A stretch of DNA of 64,000 nt from an uncultured bacterium (GTDB taxonomy: Bacteria > Margulisbacteria > WOR-1 > XYC2-FULL-46-14). Every line of letters starts with the position of its first letter. Position 1 is the first letter of the stretch. This document shows, one piece after another, positions 25,867 through 35,482 of this stretch. The translations under genes and the position numbers were made by a program. The notes beneath the pieces are model-generated. The model was given only the letters and a program-made list of their open reading frames with translations. It was not told the origin of the DNA and searched no databases. Where the stretch lies: the NCBI GenBank assembly GCA_964421245.1, contig CAYQVW010000001.1:242712-306711 (forward strand), in the 5' to 3' direction.

Positions 25867-28350
25867 ATGCCAGAAGTTACCCCGATGGTAAAACAGTACC
25901 AAGAAATCAAATCTTGCCATAAGGACTCAATCCTTTTTTTTCGCCTTGGTGATTTCTATGAGATGTTCTACGATGATGCAATTTTAGCTTCTCGTGAGCT
26001 TGAGTTAACCCTAACAGGCAGGGGCAAGAATGAAAACCGCATGCCGATGTGCGGAATCCCTCATCATGCTTCAAAAAATTATATCCAAAAGCTAATAGAA
26101 AGAGGGTATAAAGTTGCAATCTGTGAGCAGGTAGAAGATCCATCGATTGCAAAGGGTATTGTAAAAAGGGATGTTATAAAAATCTATACCCCTGGAACAG
26201 TCATTGAATCATCAATGCTTTATGAAAAGACCAATAACTATCTTATGGCAATTGCCTTTGAAAAAAACAAATATGGCATTGCCTACGTAGATGCTTCGAC
26301 TGGGGAATTCAAAATTACTCAGGTTGATTCAGAACATAAAGTTAAAGAAGAGATAGATCGGATAAATCCGTCGGAATTGTTGATTTCGGATATGATAGAT
26401 GCTGGAAACCGCGAGGTTTACTCGCAGGTTTCCAAAAGTGTTTTCGCAGACAAATACGACTTCGAGTCCGCTTCCGAAAAGCTCAAAGAACACTTCAAAA
26501 TATCTAATTTAGAATCGTTTGGAATAGAAGATTTTAAAGTAGGAGTTGAAGCGGCTGCTGCGATCATAGATTATCTTTCTGATACACAAAAAACATCTCT
26601 CGATCATATAAATAAAATTCAACCATATAGAGTGGGGGAATTTATGTTTATCGATTCCGCTACTCGTCGCAATCTTGAATTAGTGCATACAGTAAAAGAT
26701 AAAGGCTATAAAGGAAGTTTGCTTTGGGTTCTTGATCAAACAAAGACCTCAATGGGTTCTCGCATGCTTCGTTCTTGGGTCTTACAACCACTTTTGAACG
26801 TTTCAGAAATACAAAATAGACTTGATGCTGTAGAAGAATTATATACTTCTTCAATTCTTAGGGAAGATTTGGGAAGTAATATTAGGGACATTTCAGATAT
26901 AGAAAGGTTAACGGCTAAAGTTGCTGCTGCAAGTTGTAATGCGCGGGATTTAATTGCGCTTAAAGAGTCTTTACAAAAATTACCGGCTATTGTTGAGACT
27001 TTGAGAAATTGCAGTACAAAGTTGCTAAAAATAGACATTGATATGGAATCCGTGAGACAAATTTCTGAATTTATCCAGAGATCGGTAGTTGATGATCCTC
27101 CTTTCCAAATCAAAGAGGCCGGAATAATCAAAATTGGCTATAATCCAGAACTCGATGAAATTAAAAAAGCAGCGAGTGGTGGAAAACAATGGATTGCAGA
27201 ACTTGAAACCAAAGAGCGCCAAAGAACCGGTATTAAATCGCTTAAAGTCAGCTTCAACAAAGTCTTTGGTTATTACATAGATGTAACTAAATCAAATTTG
27301 TCTCAAGTTCCGGATGATTATATTCGAAAACAAACGCTTGTAAATTCTGAGCGATATATTACTCCAGAATTAAAAGAGCAAGAATCCTTAATTTTAAATA
27401 CAGATGAAAGACTTAAAAAGATGGAGTATGAGGTTTTTTGTGAGGTCCGGGACGAAGTTGCGAAATATACCAAGTCATTACAGCTTATTGCTTTTTCATT
27501 GGCCCAGTTGGATTGTATTCTTTCGTTGGCAGAAGTTGCGGTTTCGAATAATTATTGTAAGCCTATTGTTAATGGAGAAGGGGCAAGGGTCAAGTTGCAA
27601 GGGTCAAGGCATCCAGTGGTAGAAAAGACACAGGGTGAACATCGGTTTGTGCCAAATGATGTGGAATTAAATGAAAAACAAAGCTTTTTGTTAATTACCG
27701 GACCTAATATGGGTGGAAAATCTACCTATATGCGTCAAGTTGCCTTAATTTGTTTAATGGCACAAATTGGATCATATGTTCCAGCAGATAAAGCTGAATT
27801 AATCCCAGTAGATCGTATTTTTACTCGCATTGGCGCAATGGATGATATATTTTCTGGTCAATCGACTTTTATGCTAGAGATGACCGAGACAGCAAACATA
27901 ATAAACAATGCAACTGATAAAAGTTTAATTATTCTTGATGAGATTGGTAGGGGAACCGCTACCTTTGATGGAATGTCGATTGCAGCAGCAGTTGCAGAAT
28001 ATATTCATACAAAAATCAAAGCAAAAACTATGTTTGCGACCCATTATCATGAAATAACCCAGCTAGCAGATAAGTACGATGCTATGCAGAATTTAAATGT
28101 TTCAGTAATCGAGAAAAATGATCATATTGTCTTTTTGCATAAGATTAAAGAGGGAACAGCTGATAAATCATATGGGATTCAGGTAGCAAAATTAGCCGGT
28201 TTACCAGAGTCAGTTATTTCTCGTTCAAAAGTGATTTATAACACGCTTGAGATGGTTGAAAAAGGATTTGGAGAGACACAGAAAAAGAGGTTGAAAAAGG
28301 GGAAAGGAAACGGTAGAATAGCGGATCAAGAACAGATGGGATTATTTTAG
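25867..28350 (+). CDS. mutS: DNA mismatch repair protein MutS
   Basis: GPNMGGKSTYMRQVALI (Walker A), STFMLEMTETANII, DEIGRGTATFDG, and the N-terminal mismatch-binding FYEMFYDDA. Confidence 0.97.
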   Translation: MPEVTPMVKQYQEIKSCHKDSILFFRLGDFYEMFYDDAILASRELELTLTGRGKNENRMPMCGIPHHASKNYIQKLIERGYKVAICEQVEDPSIAKGIVKRDVIKIYTPGTVIESSMLYEKTNNYLMAIAFEKNKYGIAYVDASTGEFKITQVDSEHKVKEEIDRINPSELLISDMIDAGNREVYSQVSKSVFADKYDFESASEKLKEHFKISNLESFGIEDFKVGVEAAAAIIDYLSDTQKTSLDHINKIQPYRVGEFMFIDSATRRNLELVHTVKDKGYKGSLLWVLDQTKTSMGSRMLRSWVLQPLLNVSEIQNRLDAVEELYTSSILREDLGSNIRDISDIERLTAKVAAASCNARDLIALKESLQKLPAIVETLRNCSTKLLKIDIDMESVRQISEFIQRSVVDDPPFQIKEAGIIKIGYNPELDEIKKAASGGKQWIAELETKERQRTGIKSLKVSFNKVFGYYIDVTKSNLSQVPDDYIRKQTLVNSERYITPELKEQESLILNTDERLKKMEYEVFCEVRDEVAKYTKSLQLIAFSLAQLDCILSLAEVAVSNNYCKPIVNGEGARVKLQGSRHPVVEKTQGEHRFVPNDVELNEKQSFLLITGPNMGGKSTYMRQVALICLMAQIGSYVPADKAELIPVDRIFTRIGAMDDIFSGQSTFMLEMTETANIINNATDKSLIILDEIGRGTATFDGMSIAAAVAEYIHTKIKAKTMFATHYHEITQLADKYDAMQNLNVSVIEKNDHIVFLHKIKEGTADKSYGIQVAKLAGLPESVISRSKVIYNTLEMVEKGFGETQKKRLKKGKGNGRIADQEQMGLF

Positions 28351-28363
28351 AAAGATAAACTTT

Positions 28364-29227
28364 ATGAAAAAGATATTTTCGCTATTATTCATATTGTTGG
28401 TGGTTGTTTCTGTCTCTTCTGCCCAAGAAATTCCTCAAAATTTTATTGGTGGTGGTGGATCGACTAATTCAACTTCTAGCACCAATTCTTCTTCTGGCTC
28501 TGCTGGAGGATCTGCTATTGGTAAAATGACCAATAGCGGCTACATTATGATTGCCGGTTTCCAAGCAGGTCTTATGTCCACCACTTATTCAACTGGATCC
28601 GCAGTTGCAAGCAGCGTTGTCATTGACAATGTTCTTTTTAATGGGTATGAAAAGTTAGATGACGATTATGTTGAAGCAAGTCCAAGGGTTCTTGCAACAA
28701 TAACTTCTTTAGCATCAACAATTAGTCCAGAAGTTAGCTATGTTGAAGTAAATGGAACAAAGACCTATTTTTCAGGTCTAACATCTCCTTCGGGTTTTAG
28801 TGGGACTTCGTTTATCTATGATGCGACATTCTCGGATGGGGATAATACTTTTAGCATTGTCGCATATGATCGAAGTGGCAATTCTGAAACTTATTCTCGC
28901 ACTCTAAAGGTTGATATCGGAGATATTAGCGCAACTTCGGTTTATATATTTCCAAATCCATATAATCCAAATAACGGTGTTGGTAAGATTGCCTATAGTT
29001 TGAATAAACAGGATACTGTTTCAGTCTATATCTTTAACGCAATTGGACAGCTTGTTTATAAGAGAGAATATTTGTCCGGATGGGCAGGGGCAAGGGTTGG
29101 CTATAATGAAGTTGATTTTAATGGAGTATCCGATTTTGGTCAAACTCTTGCGAACGATCTTTACTTCTTGAGAATAGTTTCTGGTGGTAAACCGATTGGG
29201 AGAGCTAAGATAGCTATACTCAAATGA
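28364..29227 (+). CDS. Secreted Gly/Ser-rich protein with a T9SS-type C-terminal sorting domain
   Basis: Signal peptide MKKIFSLLFILLVVVSVSSA. The C-terminus YIFPNPYNPNNGVGKIAYSL...VSVYIFNAIGQLVY...NDLYFLRIVSGGKPIGRAKIAILK is a Por_Secre_tail-like pattern. Confidence 0.65.
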   Translation: MKKIFSLLFILLVVVSVSSAQEIPQNFIGGGGSTNSTSSTNSSSGSAGGSAIGKMTNSGYIMIAGFQAGLMSTTYSTGSAVASSVVIDNVLFNGYEKLDDDYVEASPRVLATITSLASTISPEVSYVEVNGTKTYFSGLTSPSGFSGTSFIYDATFSDGDNTFSIVAYDRSGNSETYSRTLKVDIGDISATSVYIFPNPYNPNNGVGKIAYSLNKQDTVSVYIFNAIGQLVYKREYLSGWAGARVGYNEVDFNGVSDFGQTLANDLYFLRIVSGGKPIGRAKIAILK

Positions 29228-30774
29228 CAAATGACAAATTAAAAATTAAAAATATTATTTTTTGCGGTTTCTTTGTTGTAAGTTGTTTGTTGTTAGTTGT
29301 TAGTCAAAGCGAAGCGAGTCTTGATCCAATGAAATTAGGTGTCGGCGCTCGATCGCTGGCAATGGGCAGAGTATCAGCCGCAATCGATGGTGATATTAAC
29401 GCAATGTTTGTAAATCCAGCCAATGCAGGAGCTCTTTCTGATTGGGGACTAACCTCAATGTATACCTCTCTTATGGAGGGAGATATTGCCTATACGTTAC
29501 TTGGATATGGGAAGAGAGTTGGAATGGCCACTCTGGGCTTGTCTTACATGGGTACAGGAGTTTCTGGATTAGAAACTACTCAACGAGATGCTAATAACCG
29601 TATTGTTACGACCGGAACTACCTTTAATTATTCTAACTACGTTGCACAGCTTGTAATTGGGTTACCTGCAAATTCTGCTGGAATTGCAACTGGTGCAACA
29701 ATTAAAATGTTTAATAAATCACTATCTGATCAAGCTGGAGGGACTGGTTCTGGTTATGATCTGGATTTAGGTGTTTTGTGGAAACCAAAAAATAATCTAA
29801 CTCTTGGATTGTCTCAACAAAACACTTTGCCAGCATCAATGGGAGGGAAAATCGTTTGGGGTACTGGAGCAGAAGAAGGAATTTTATTTAATACGAAATT
29901 TGGTTTGGCTTTTAAACCTAGAAATTTTCTATTGGTTGCTTTAGATGGTGATTTTGCGCAGAATAAACCACTTGTTTTTCATGGCGGATTAGAATGGACA
30001 GTGAGAGATTTTTTAGCTTTTCGTGGTGGACTTGAACAAGTTCCAACCTCAAAAACTACTTCAACCAACAATTATTCTTTAGGATTAGGGTTAAAAATAA
30101 GAAATATTAATTTTGATTATGCTTATTATCTTGACAATGTTTTAGCAGCTAATTCTACTCATTACTTTACATTATCAATTGTTCCAAGAAAAGAAATTAA
30201 GAAAAAAGTTGTAAAACCTCCTTATAAACAAATGTTTTCTGATGTTGCAAAGGATTACTGGGCAAGGGTAGCAATTGAGCATTTGGCTACAAAAGGAATT
30301 ATTAATGGCTATACGGATAAAACATTTAGACCGACTAGAGCATTAACCCGAGCCGAGCTTTGTACCTTGCTTATTAAAGCTAAGAAAGTTCCACTCGCAA
30401 ATATTGAAGGGGAGAATGTCTTTACAGATGTTAAGAGTTCGCATTGGGCAGCGCGCTATATTAAAAATGCTGCTAATTATAAATTAATCTCTGGATATCC
30501 AGATGGTACATTTAAACCGAATAAACCTTTGAGTAGAGAAGAAGCAATGAAAATCCTAGTTTTATTTGATAAAAAGCCTTTGATAGACAAAGTTGTCTTT
30601 CCATATGGAGATATTCCTTCTGGTCGATGGTCAACTCCATATATTTCAACTGCCTATTCAGCTGGCTGGCTAACTTTTATAAAAGAAAAGGCCTTTTATC
30701 CGAAAAAGAGCTTTACTAGAGCAGAAGCAGCATTTATATTGTACTTGACTTCTTTTGTTCAGAGTTTAAAATAG
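29224..30774 (+). CDS. Outer-membrane FadL/PorV-like beta-barrel (N-terminal about 300 aa) fused to three C-terminal S-layer-homology (SLH) domains
   Basis: Signal peptide MTNDKLKIKNIIFCGFFVVSCLLLVVSQSEA. N-terminal hatch-like motif GVGARSLAMGRVSAAIDGDINAMFVNPANAGAL (cf. FadL [26 protein letters not shown]). Three SLH repeats: FSDVAKDYWARVAIEHLATKGIINGYTDKTFRPTRALTRAEL; FTDVKSSHWAARYIKNAANYKLISGYPDGTFKPNKPLSREEA; and a degenerate third ending FTRAEAAFILYL. Confidence 0.7.
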   Translation: MTNDKLKIKNIIFCGFFVVSCLLLVVSQSEASLDPMKLGVGARSLAMGRVSAAIDGDINAMFVNPANAGALSDWGLTSMYTSLMEGDIAYTLLGYGKRVGMATLGLSYMGTGVSGLETTQRDANNRIVTTGTTFNYSNYVAQLVIGLPANSAGIATGATIKMFNKSLSDQAGGTGSGYDLDLGVLWKPKNNLTLGLSQQNTLPASMGGKIVWGTGAEEGILFNTKFGLAFKPRNFLLVALDGDFAQNKPLVFHGGLEWTVRDFLAFRGGLEQVPTSKTTSTNNYSLGLGLKIRNINFDYAYYLDNVLAANSTHYFTLSIVPRKEIKKKVVKPPYKQMFSDVAKDYWARVAIEHLATKGIINGYTDKTFRPTRALTRAELCTLLIKAKKVPLANIEGENVFTDVKSSHWAARYIKNAANYKLISGYPDGTFKPNKPLSREEAMKILVLFDKKPLIDKVVFPYGDIPSGRWSTPYISTAYSAGWLTFIKEKAFYPKKSFTRAEAAFILYLTSFVQSLK

Positions 30775-30786
30775 AGGAGGGAAAAA

Positions 30787-31887
30787 ATGAAAAAAATATT
30801 ACTCATTACTTTTTACTTGTTACTCTTTACTCCAATAGCATTAGCTGTTCCATCACAAATGAATTATCAGGGAGTATTAAAAAATAGCTCGGGCGCTTTA
30901 GTTAGTAGTGAAGTGTCGATGAAATTTGCAATTTACGCTGCAGCCACGGGTGGAGGTGCACTCTGGTCAGAGACTCAATCGATTGTGACAGTAGAAGCCG
31001 GATTATATTCTGTACAACTTGGGTCAGCAACTGCACTTTCTCATTCGTTTTTTGATGGAAGTACGAGATATCTTGGGGTGGCTGTTCCAAGTGGTGGAAC
31101 CGAATTAACGCCACGTATTCCATTGATAACTGTTCCTTATGCATTTCGCGCAGGAACTGCAGAATCAGTTGGAGGAATCGATGCCTCTGGTCTTGTTCAG
31201 TTGGGGCCTTCTAGTATGCAAACAACCTCGGCGGCAATTGGCGCGGATATTAGTTCTACTAATGTAGCTGGAGTTGGAATACGTGCTACTGCTGAGGGCT
31301 TTGGTGTTATAGGAATAGCTTCGTCGGCTCTTTCTTATGGTGTTTGGGGAAGTGGGCTTACCGCTGGAGTCTATGGTATTGGTACTACTGGAGATGGGGT
31401 ACAGGGTATAAGTACTTCTGGAGATGGGGTTTATGGGTCTAGTACATCTGGTTTCGCTGTTAATGGTATAGCACCCGGAGTAAATGGTAGAGGTATTTTT
31501 GGGAGGGCTACCCATACAACTGGAAACAACTTTGGAGTAATTGGTATTAGTAGTAGTACGGGTGGATACGGGGTATCGGCGCAAAATACTGCTGCAAGTA
31601 ATCAGGTTTCTCACGCTGGAGCTGCATTAAAAATTACTGGAATGATAATAGCGGATTCTGGGGACGGATACTGTTTTGGAGATGGTACGATTGCAAATGC
31701 TAGTGATACTGTAACTGTTGCCAACAAGGCCTGTGATACTACCAGTTTGGTATTGGCAAGTTTGATCGAAAATCCAGGAGCAGCTATTAGTATAAGAGAT
31801 ATTACTCCCTTAGCTGGAAGCTTTGTTGTGACATTAACTAATCTTACAGGAAATTCAACGGATTTTAGATATTTAATAATTAATTAG
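30787..31887 (+). CDS. Secreted glycine-rich repeat surface protein
   Basis: Signal peptide MKKILLITFYLLLFTPIALA. The central region is made of degenerate G-x-x-G repeats (GVYGIGTTGDGVQGISTSGDGVYGSSTSGFAVNGIAPGVNGRGIFG...). No family recognised. Confidence 0.55.
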   Translation: MKKILLITFYLLLFTPIALAVPSQMNYQGVLKNSSGALVSSEVSMKFAIYAAATGGGALWSETQSIVTVEAGLYSVQLGSATALSHSFFDGSTRYLGVAVPSGGTELTPRIPLITVPYAFRAGTAESVGGIDASGLVQLGPSSMQTTSAAIGADISSTNVAGVGIRATAEGFGVIGIASSALSYGVWGSGLTAGVYGIGTTGDGVQGISTSGDGVYGSSTSGFAVNGIAPGVNGRGIFGRATHTTGNNFGVIGISSSTGGYGVSAQNTAASNQVSHAGAALKITGMIIADSGDGYCFGDGTIANASDTVTVANKACDTTSLVLASLIENPGAAISIRDITPLAGSFVVTLTNLTGNSTDFRYLIIN

Positions 31888-31930
31888 CTTTAAGTTTGAA
31901 TTTCCTCTTAAAATAAGCTAAAATGTTTCA

Positions 31931-32070
31931 GGAGATCCGGGGATTCGGAAATCAGGGACTGGAGATCAGGATATTAGGAGATCAGGGATGGGACAATCTA
32001 CCTAATATTCGTCCCTAATTTCCGGATAGCCCAATGCTCTGTCCCAAATATCCCAATATCCGGATAACCT
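31931..32070. promoter_or_regulatory. Dyad-symmetric, repeat-rich leader upstream of dnaB: three direct GGAGATC(A/C)GGGAT units plus nested inverted repeats and the 10-bp palindrome TATCCGGATA
   Basis: GGAGATCCGGGGAT (31931), GGAGATCAGGATAT (31961) and GGAGATCAGGGAT (31977). ATTCGGAAATCAGGGACT (31942-31959) is the reverse complement (15/18) of CGTCCCTAATTTCCGGAT (32011-32028). An inner pair GGATATTAGGAGAT / ATCTACCTAATATTC surrounds a 13-nt loop. TATCCGGATA lies at 32057-32066. Confidence 0.5.
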
Positions 32071-32076
32071 AAAAAA

Positions 32077-33417
32077 ATGCCAGAAGATCGTATTCCACCG
32101 CAAAATTTAGTAGCAGAACAATCTGTTTTGGGCGCAATGTTAATCGACAAAGCGGCCATTGCCAAATCAGTTGAAAAATTAAAACGTGATAGTTTTTATC
32201 GTGATGCCCATACTTATATCTATGAATCTATCCTTGAACTGTTTGATCGTGGAGAGCCGGTTGACCTTGTAACTGTAACAGAAAATTTAAGAAAAAACGG
32301 AAAACTAGATGCAATCGGTGGTAGTGTTTATATCTCTGATCTAATTAATTCTGTTCCAACCTCAGCTAATGTCGAGTATTATGCCAAGATTGTAGAAGAA
32401 AAGGCAATTTTGCGTCGTCTGATTGAAGCCGGAACTCATATTGTTCAAGAAGCTTTCCAAGAGCCAGAACATGTTGATCAGGTTCTAGATCGTGCCGAAA
32501 AAAGCATCTTTAATATTGCACTTAGAAAATCAAGTGAGGGATTTAGCAAGATTGATAATATTCTAAAAAGTGTTCTTGATCGAATTGATAGTCTCTATGG
32601 CAAGAATCAAAATATAACTGGAATTCCGACCGGCTTTACTGACTTAGACAATATGACCGCCGGATTCCAAAATTCCAATTTGATTATTATTGCCGCCCGT
32701 CCATCGGTCGGAAAAACTGCATTGGCACTTAACATGGCCCAGAATACCGCTATTCGTTTTAACGTTCCGGTTGCGATCTTTTCTCTTGAAATGTCAAAGG
32801 AACAATTAGCTCAAAGAATGCTCTGCTCCGAAGCAGAAGTCAATGCGCTGCAGCTTAAAACTGCAACTTTGCCCGATCGTGGATGGAAAAAACTGACCAA
32901 AGCTCTTTCAAAACTTTCTGAAGCACCGATCTTTATTGATGATTCGTCTTCTATTACCTCAACTGAGATCAGGGCAAAGTGTAGGAGATTAAAGATTGAT
33001 CGTGGACTTGGAATGGTAATAATTGATTATATGCAGCTTATGCAAGGTAGGGGTGGACGCAACGAAAACCGTGTTCAAGAAATATCGGAAATTGCTAGAT
33101 CCCTTAAGACCTTAGCTCGTGAATTGGATATCCCTGTAATTGCTTTGTCGCAGCTCTCTCGAGCAGTTGAACAGAGACCAGATAAAATCCCAAGACTTTC
33201 TGATTTGAGAGAATCGGGAGAAATTGAACAGACTGCTGACGTTGTTATGTTTATTCATCGTGATGATTATTATAATCCACAGTCAGAACGTGGTAATGTT
33301 GCCGAATTAATAATGGCAAAACAGAGAAATGGTCCGGTTGGTGTGGTTGAATTAGTATTTAGAAAAGAGATTACGAAATTCTGCAACAAAGAGAGCCGCT
33401 ACGAGCACGTTGGATGA
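32077..33417 (+). CDS. dnaB: Replicative DNA helicase DnaB
   Basis: GFTDLDNMTAGFQNSNLIIIAARPSVGKTALALN (Walker A), SLEMS, DYMQLM, and QLSRAVEQRPDK...LSDLRESGEIEQTADVV. Confidence 0.96.
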   Translation: MPEDRIPPQNLVAEQSVLGAMLIDKAAIAKSVEKLKRDSFYRDAHTYIYESILELFDRGEPVDLVTVTENLRKNGKLDAIGGSVYISDLINSVPTSANVEYYAKIVEEKAILRRLIEAGTHIVQEAFQEPEHVDQVLDRAEKSIFNIALRKSSEGFSKIDNILKSVLDRIDSLYGKNQNITGIPTGFTDLDNMTAGFQNSNLIIIAARPSVGKTALALNMAQNTAIRFNVPVAIFSLEMSKEQLAQRMLCSEAEVNALQLKTATLPDRGWKKLTKALSKLSEAPIFIDDSSSITSTEIRAKCRRLKIDRGLGMVIIDYMQLMQGRGGRNENRVQEISEIARSLKTLARELDIPVIALSQLSRAVEQRPDKIPRLSDLRESGEIEQTADVVMFIHRDDYYNPQSERGNVAELIMAKQRNGPVGVVELVFRKEITKFCNKESRYEHVG

Positions 33418-34865
33418 TACTTTTTTTTATTATCCTGGCACTTCTAATCTCTCCGGCCTTAGCTTCCGACCAAGATCTTATAATAAATGCAGATAGTATT
33501 GCTTACGAAAAAGATAATATAGTTGCCGAGGGATCGGTTGAAGCTATTTATAAGAATAATAAAGCCTTGGGTGAGCGGCTTGTTTATAACACAAAAACAC
33601 GATCAATTAAGCTAGATAATGGCTTTATTTTCTTTTATGGAGATATTGTTTTATCGGGTGATGAAATAGAGTATGAATTAGATAAGGATCGAGGAAGAGG
33701 AAGAAGAGTTCGAGTTAATTATGAGAGTGTTTTTCTAGAAGGTAATTATATTGATTTTAATCGGGAAGAGATTAAATTAAAAGGGGCCTCTTTTGATACC
33801 TGTGGAATAAAACCAGAGTCTCATTATAGAATTTCTGCCCAGCAGATGTCTCTTTATCCAGCTACCAACTGGTTAGTATCCTATTGGGGAATTTTTTGGT
33901 ACGGAAGGATCCCAACTCTGCCAATACCGGTTTATGTTTATGATCTTGAGGCAGAGCGAAAAGGAAAACATAATATCTTGCCTTATCCTGAAATAGGAAG
34001 CAACGACGAAGATGGGTTCTATATTAGTGAGAGAATTGTTTGGTACGCAAGACGAGAACTTAGCGGAAGTTTTAATATTAATTACTCTGAAAAGAAGGGA
34101 ATTGGATCTGGTTTTGAGGCAAATTATATATTAAGTAAGCAGAATCAGGGTAATTTCAGACTTTATGGAAATTATCATGAGCCCTTTTGGGGTGGCCTAA
34201 CTCATCATTATTATTTTGGACCGAGTGTTATAGATAGTTTTTTGCCGACTGATATATTTTCTGCTTCAACATATAGAAAACTCGATTTAGAAACCACCTT
34301 ATCTTTGAGAGAAAGAATAAATTATGAGAGGGTAACAAAATCGCCAGAGATTGCGCTTAACTTCAGAGATCCAAAGATAAAAATTGGAGCTGGATTAATT
34401 TCTGAAAATTCAAAAGAGGCGGTTGCTAAAGCACATTTGTCTTATCTTTGGGATAGCAAGATTTATGATAAGAATGACTTTGAAATAATTCCAAGCATCT
34501 TGTTTGATTATTCCAGATATTCAAAAGGGCGTTTTTGGTGGAGAAATATTGGTAAATTGACTTTAAATAAGAAGTGGAGTCCATATCTTTCAAACTCGCT
34601 TGCTTATTCCCACTTTTTTGATCAGCAAGGAGCAAGCCCATTCTTATATGAAAATTATAAGTTAATCAACTCGGACCAATTCTCTGCAAATTTACAGTTA
34701 AATATCTTTAAGAGTACCTTAAGGGTGGATACAGTATATGATATTCCGTCCTGGAATCCATACGATATTGATTATACAATAGAGGCAGGTGTCCATTGCC
34801 ATACATTTGGTTTTCGTTATCGAGCTGTTAGAAATGAATTTGGTTTAATATTTAGGATTATATGA
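33414..34865 (+). CDS. lptD: LptD/OstA-family lipopolysaccharide-assembly outer-membrane protein (short form)
   Basis: Signal peptide, an OstA-like N-domain (ADSIAYEKDNIVAEGSVEAIYKNNKALGERLVYN...IFFYGDIVLSGDEIEYE) with an FDTCG motif like the LptD 'TTC' motif, and a beta-rich C-terminal region. 483 aa is shorter than the canonical size. Confidence 0.6.
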   Translation: MILFFIILALLISPALASDQDLIINADSIAYEKDNIVAEGSVEAIYKNNKALGERLVYNTKTRSIKLDNGFIFFYGDIVLSGDEIEYELDKDRGRGRRVRVNYESVFLEGNYIDFNREEIKLKGASFDTCGIKPESHYRISAQQMSLYPATNWLVSYWGIFWYGRIPTLPIPVYVYDLEAERKGKHNILPYPEIGSNDEDGFYISERIVWYARRELSGSFNINYSEKKGIGSGFEANYILSKQNQGNFRLYGNYHEPFWGGLTHHYYFGPSVIDSFLPTDIFSASTYRKLDLETTLSLRERINYERVTKSPEIALNFRDPKIKIGAGLISENSKEAVAKAHLSYLWDSKIYDKNDFEIIPSILFDYSRYSKGRFWWRNIGKLTLNKKWSPYLSNSLAYSHFFDQQGASPFLYENYKLINSDQFSANLQLNIFKSTLRVDTVYDIPSWNPYDIDYTIEAGVHCHTFGFRYRAVRNEFGLIFRII

Positions 34866-35482
34866 GAAAAGGAATATTTATAACATTTGAAGGAGGCGAG
34901 GGATGTGGGAAGTCTACTCATATCCGTCTTTTAGCCAGCTATCTTCGATCTAGCCGAAGAAAAGTGGTAATGACTCTTGAACCAGGGGGAACCGAACTTG
35001 GTCGTGCCCTTCGGCGAATTCTTCTAAAAAATAAAAGTATTGCAAACATTTCAGAATTAATGCTTTTTGCAGCAGATCGCGTTGAACATATTGAAAAGGT
35101 GATAAAACCGGCCCTTAAAAAAGGCTATATTGTTTTATGTGATCGCTATTGTGATTCAACAGTTGCTTATCAAATAGGGGGACGTGGAATTAATCCTAAA
35201 ACAGTTACTTTGCTGAATAAAATTTCTTCGGAGGGATTAAAACCCGATTTAACCTTCCTACTTGATCTTCCAATAGAAATAGGGCTTAAAAGAGCGTTAG
35301 TTAAGACCAAGTTTGAAAAAGAGGCAGTGGCTTTTCATAAAAGAGTTCGATCTGGTTTTTTAAAAATTGCGCGACGTGATAAGAGAAGAGTAAAAGTAAT
35401 CGATTCAACTCAATCAATTGATGCTGTCCAAGAGGAGATTAGGGCGATATGCAAAGCAAAGATATTCGGGAAACCTTCTTAA
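34862..35482 (+). CDS. tmk: Thymidylate kinase
   Basis: FITFEGGEGCGKST (P-loop) and DRYCDSTVAYQ (the DRY/LID region). Confidence 0.93.
   Translation: MRKGIFITFEGGEGCGKSTHIRLLASYLRSSRRKVVMTLEPGGTELGRALRRILLKNKSIANISELMLFAADRVEHIEKVIKPALKKGYIVLCDRYCDSTVAYQIGGRGINPKTVTLLNKISSEGLKPDLTFLLDLPIEIGLKRALVKTKFEKEAVAFHKRVRSGFLKIARRDKRRVKVIDSTQSIDAVQEEIRAICKAKIFGKPS

Noticed and set aside
31931-32070. tRNA or CRISPR array in the repeat-rich dnaB leader
   Set aside because: There are no T-loop (GTTCRANYC) or D-loop signatures and no cloverleaf. The repeats are 13 nt, irregularly spaced, and only three copies, so this is not a CRISPR repeat-spacer architecture. No cas genes nearby.
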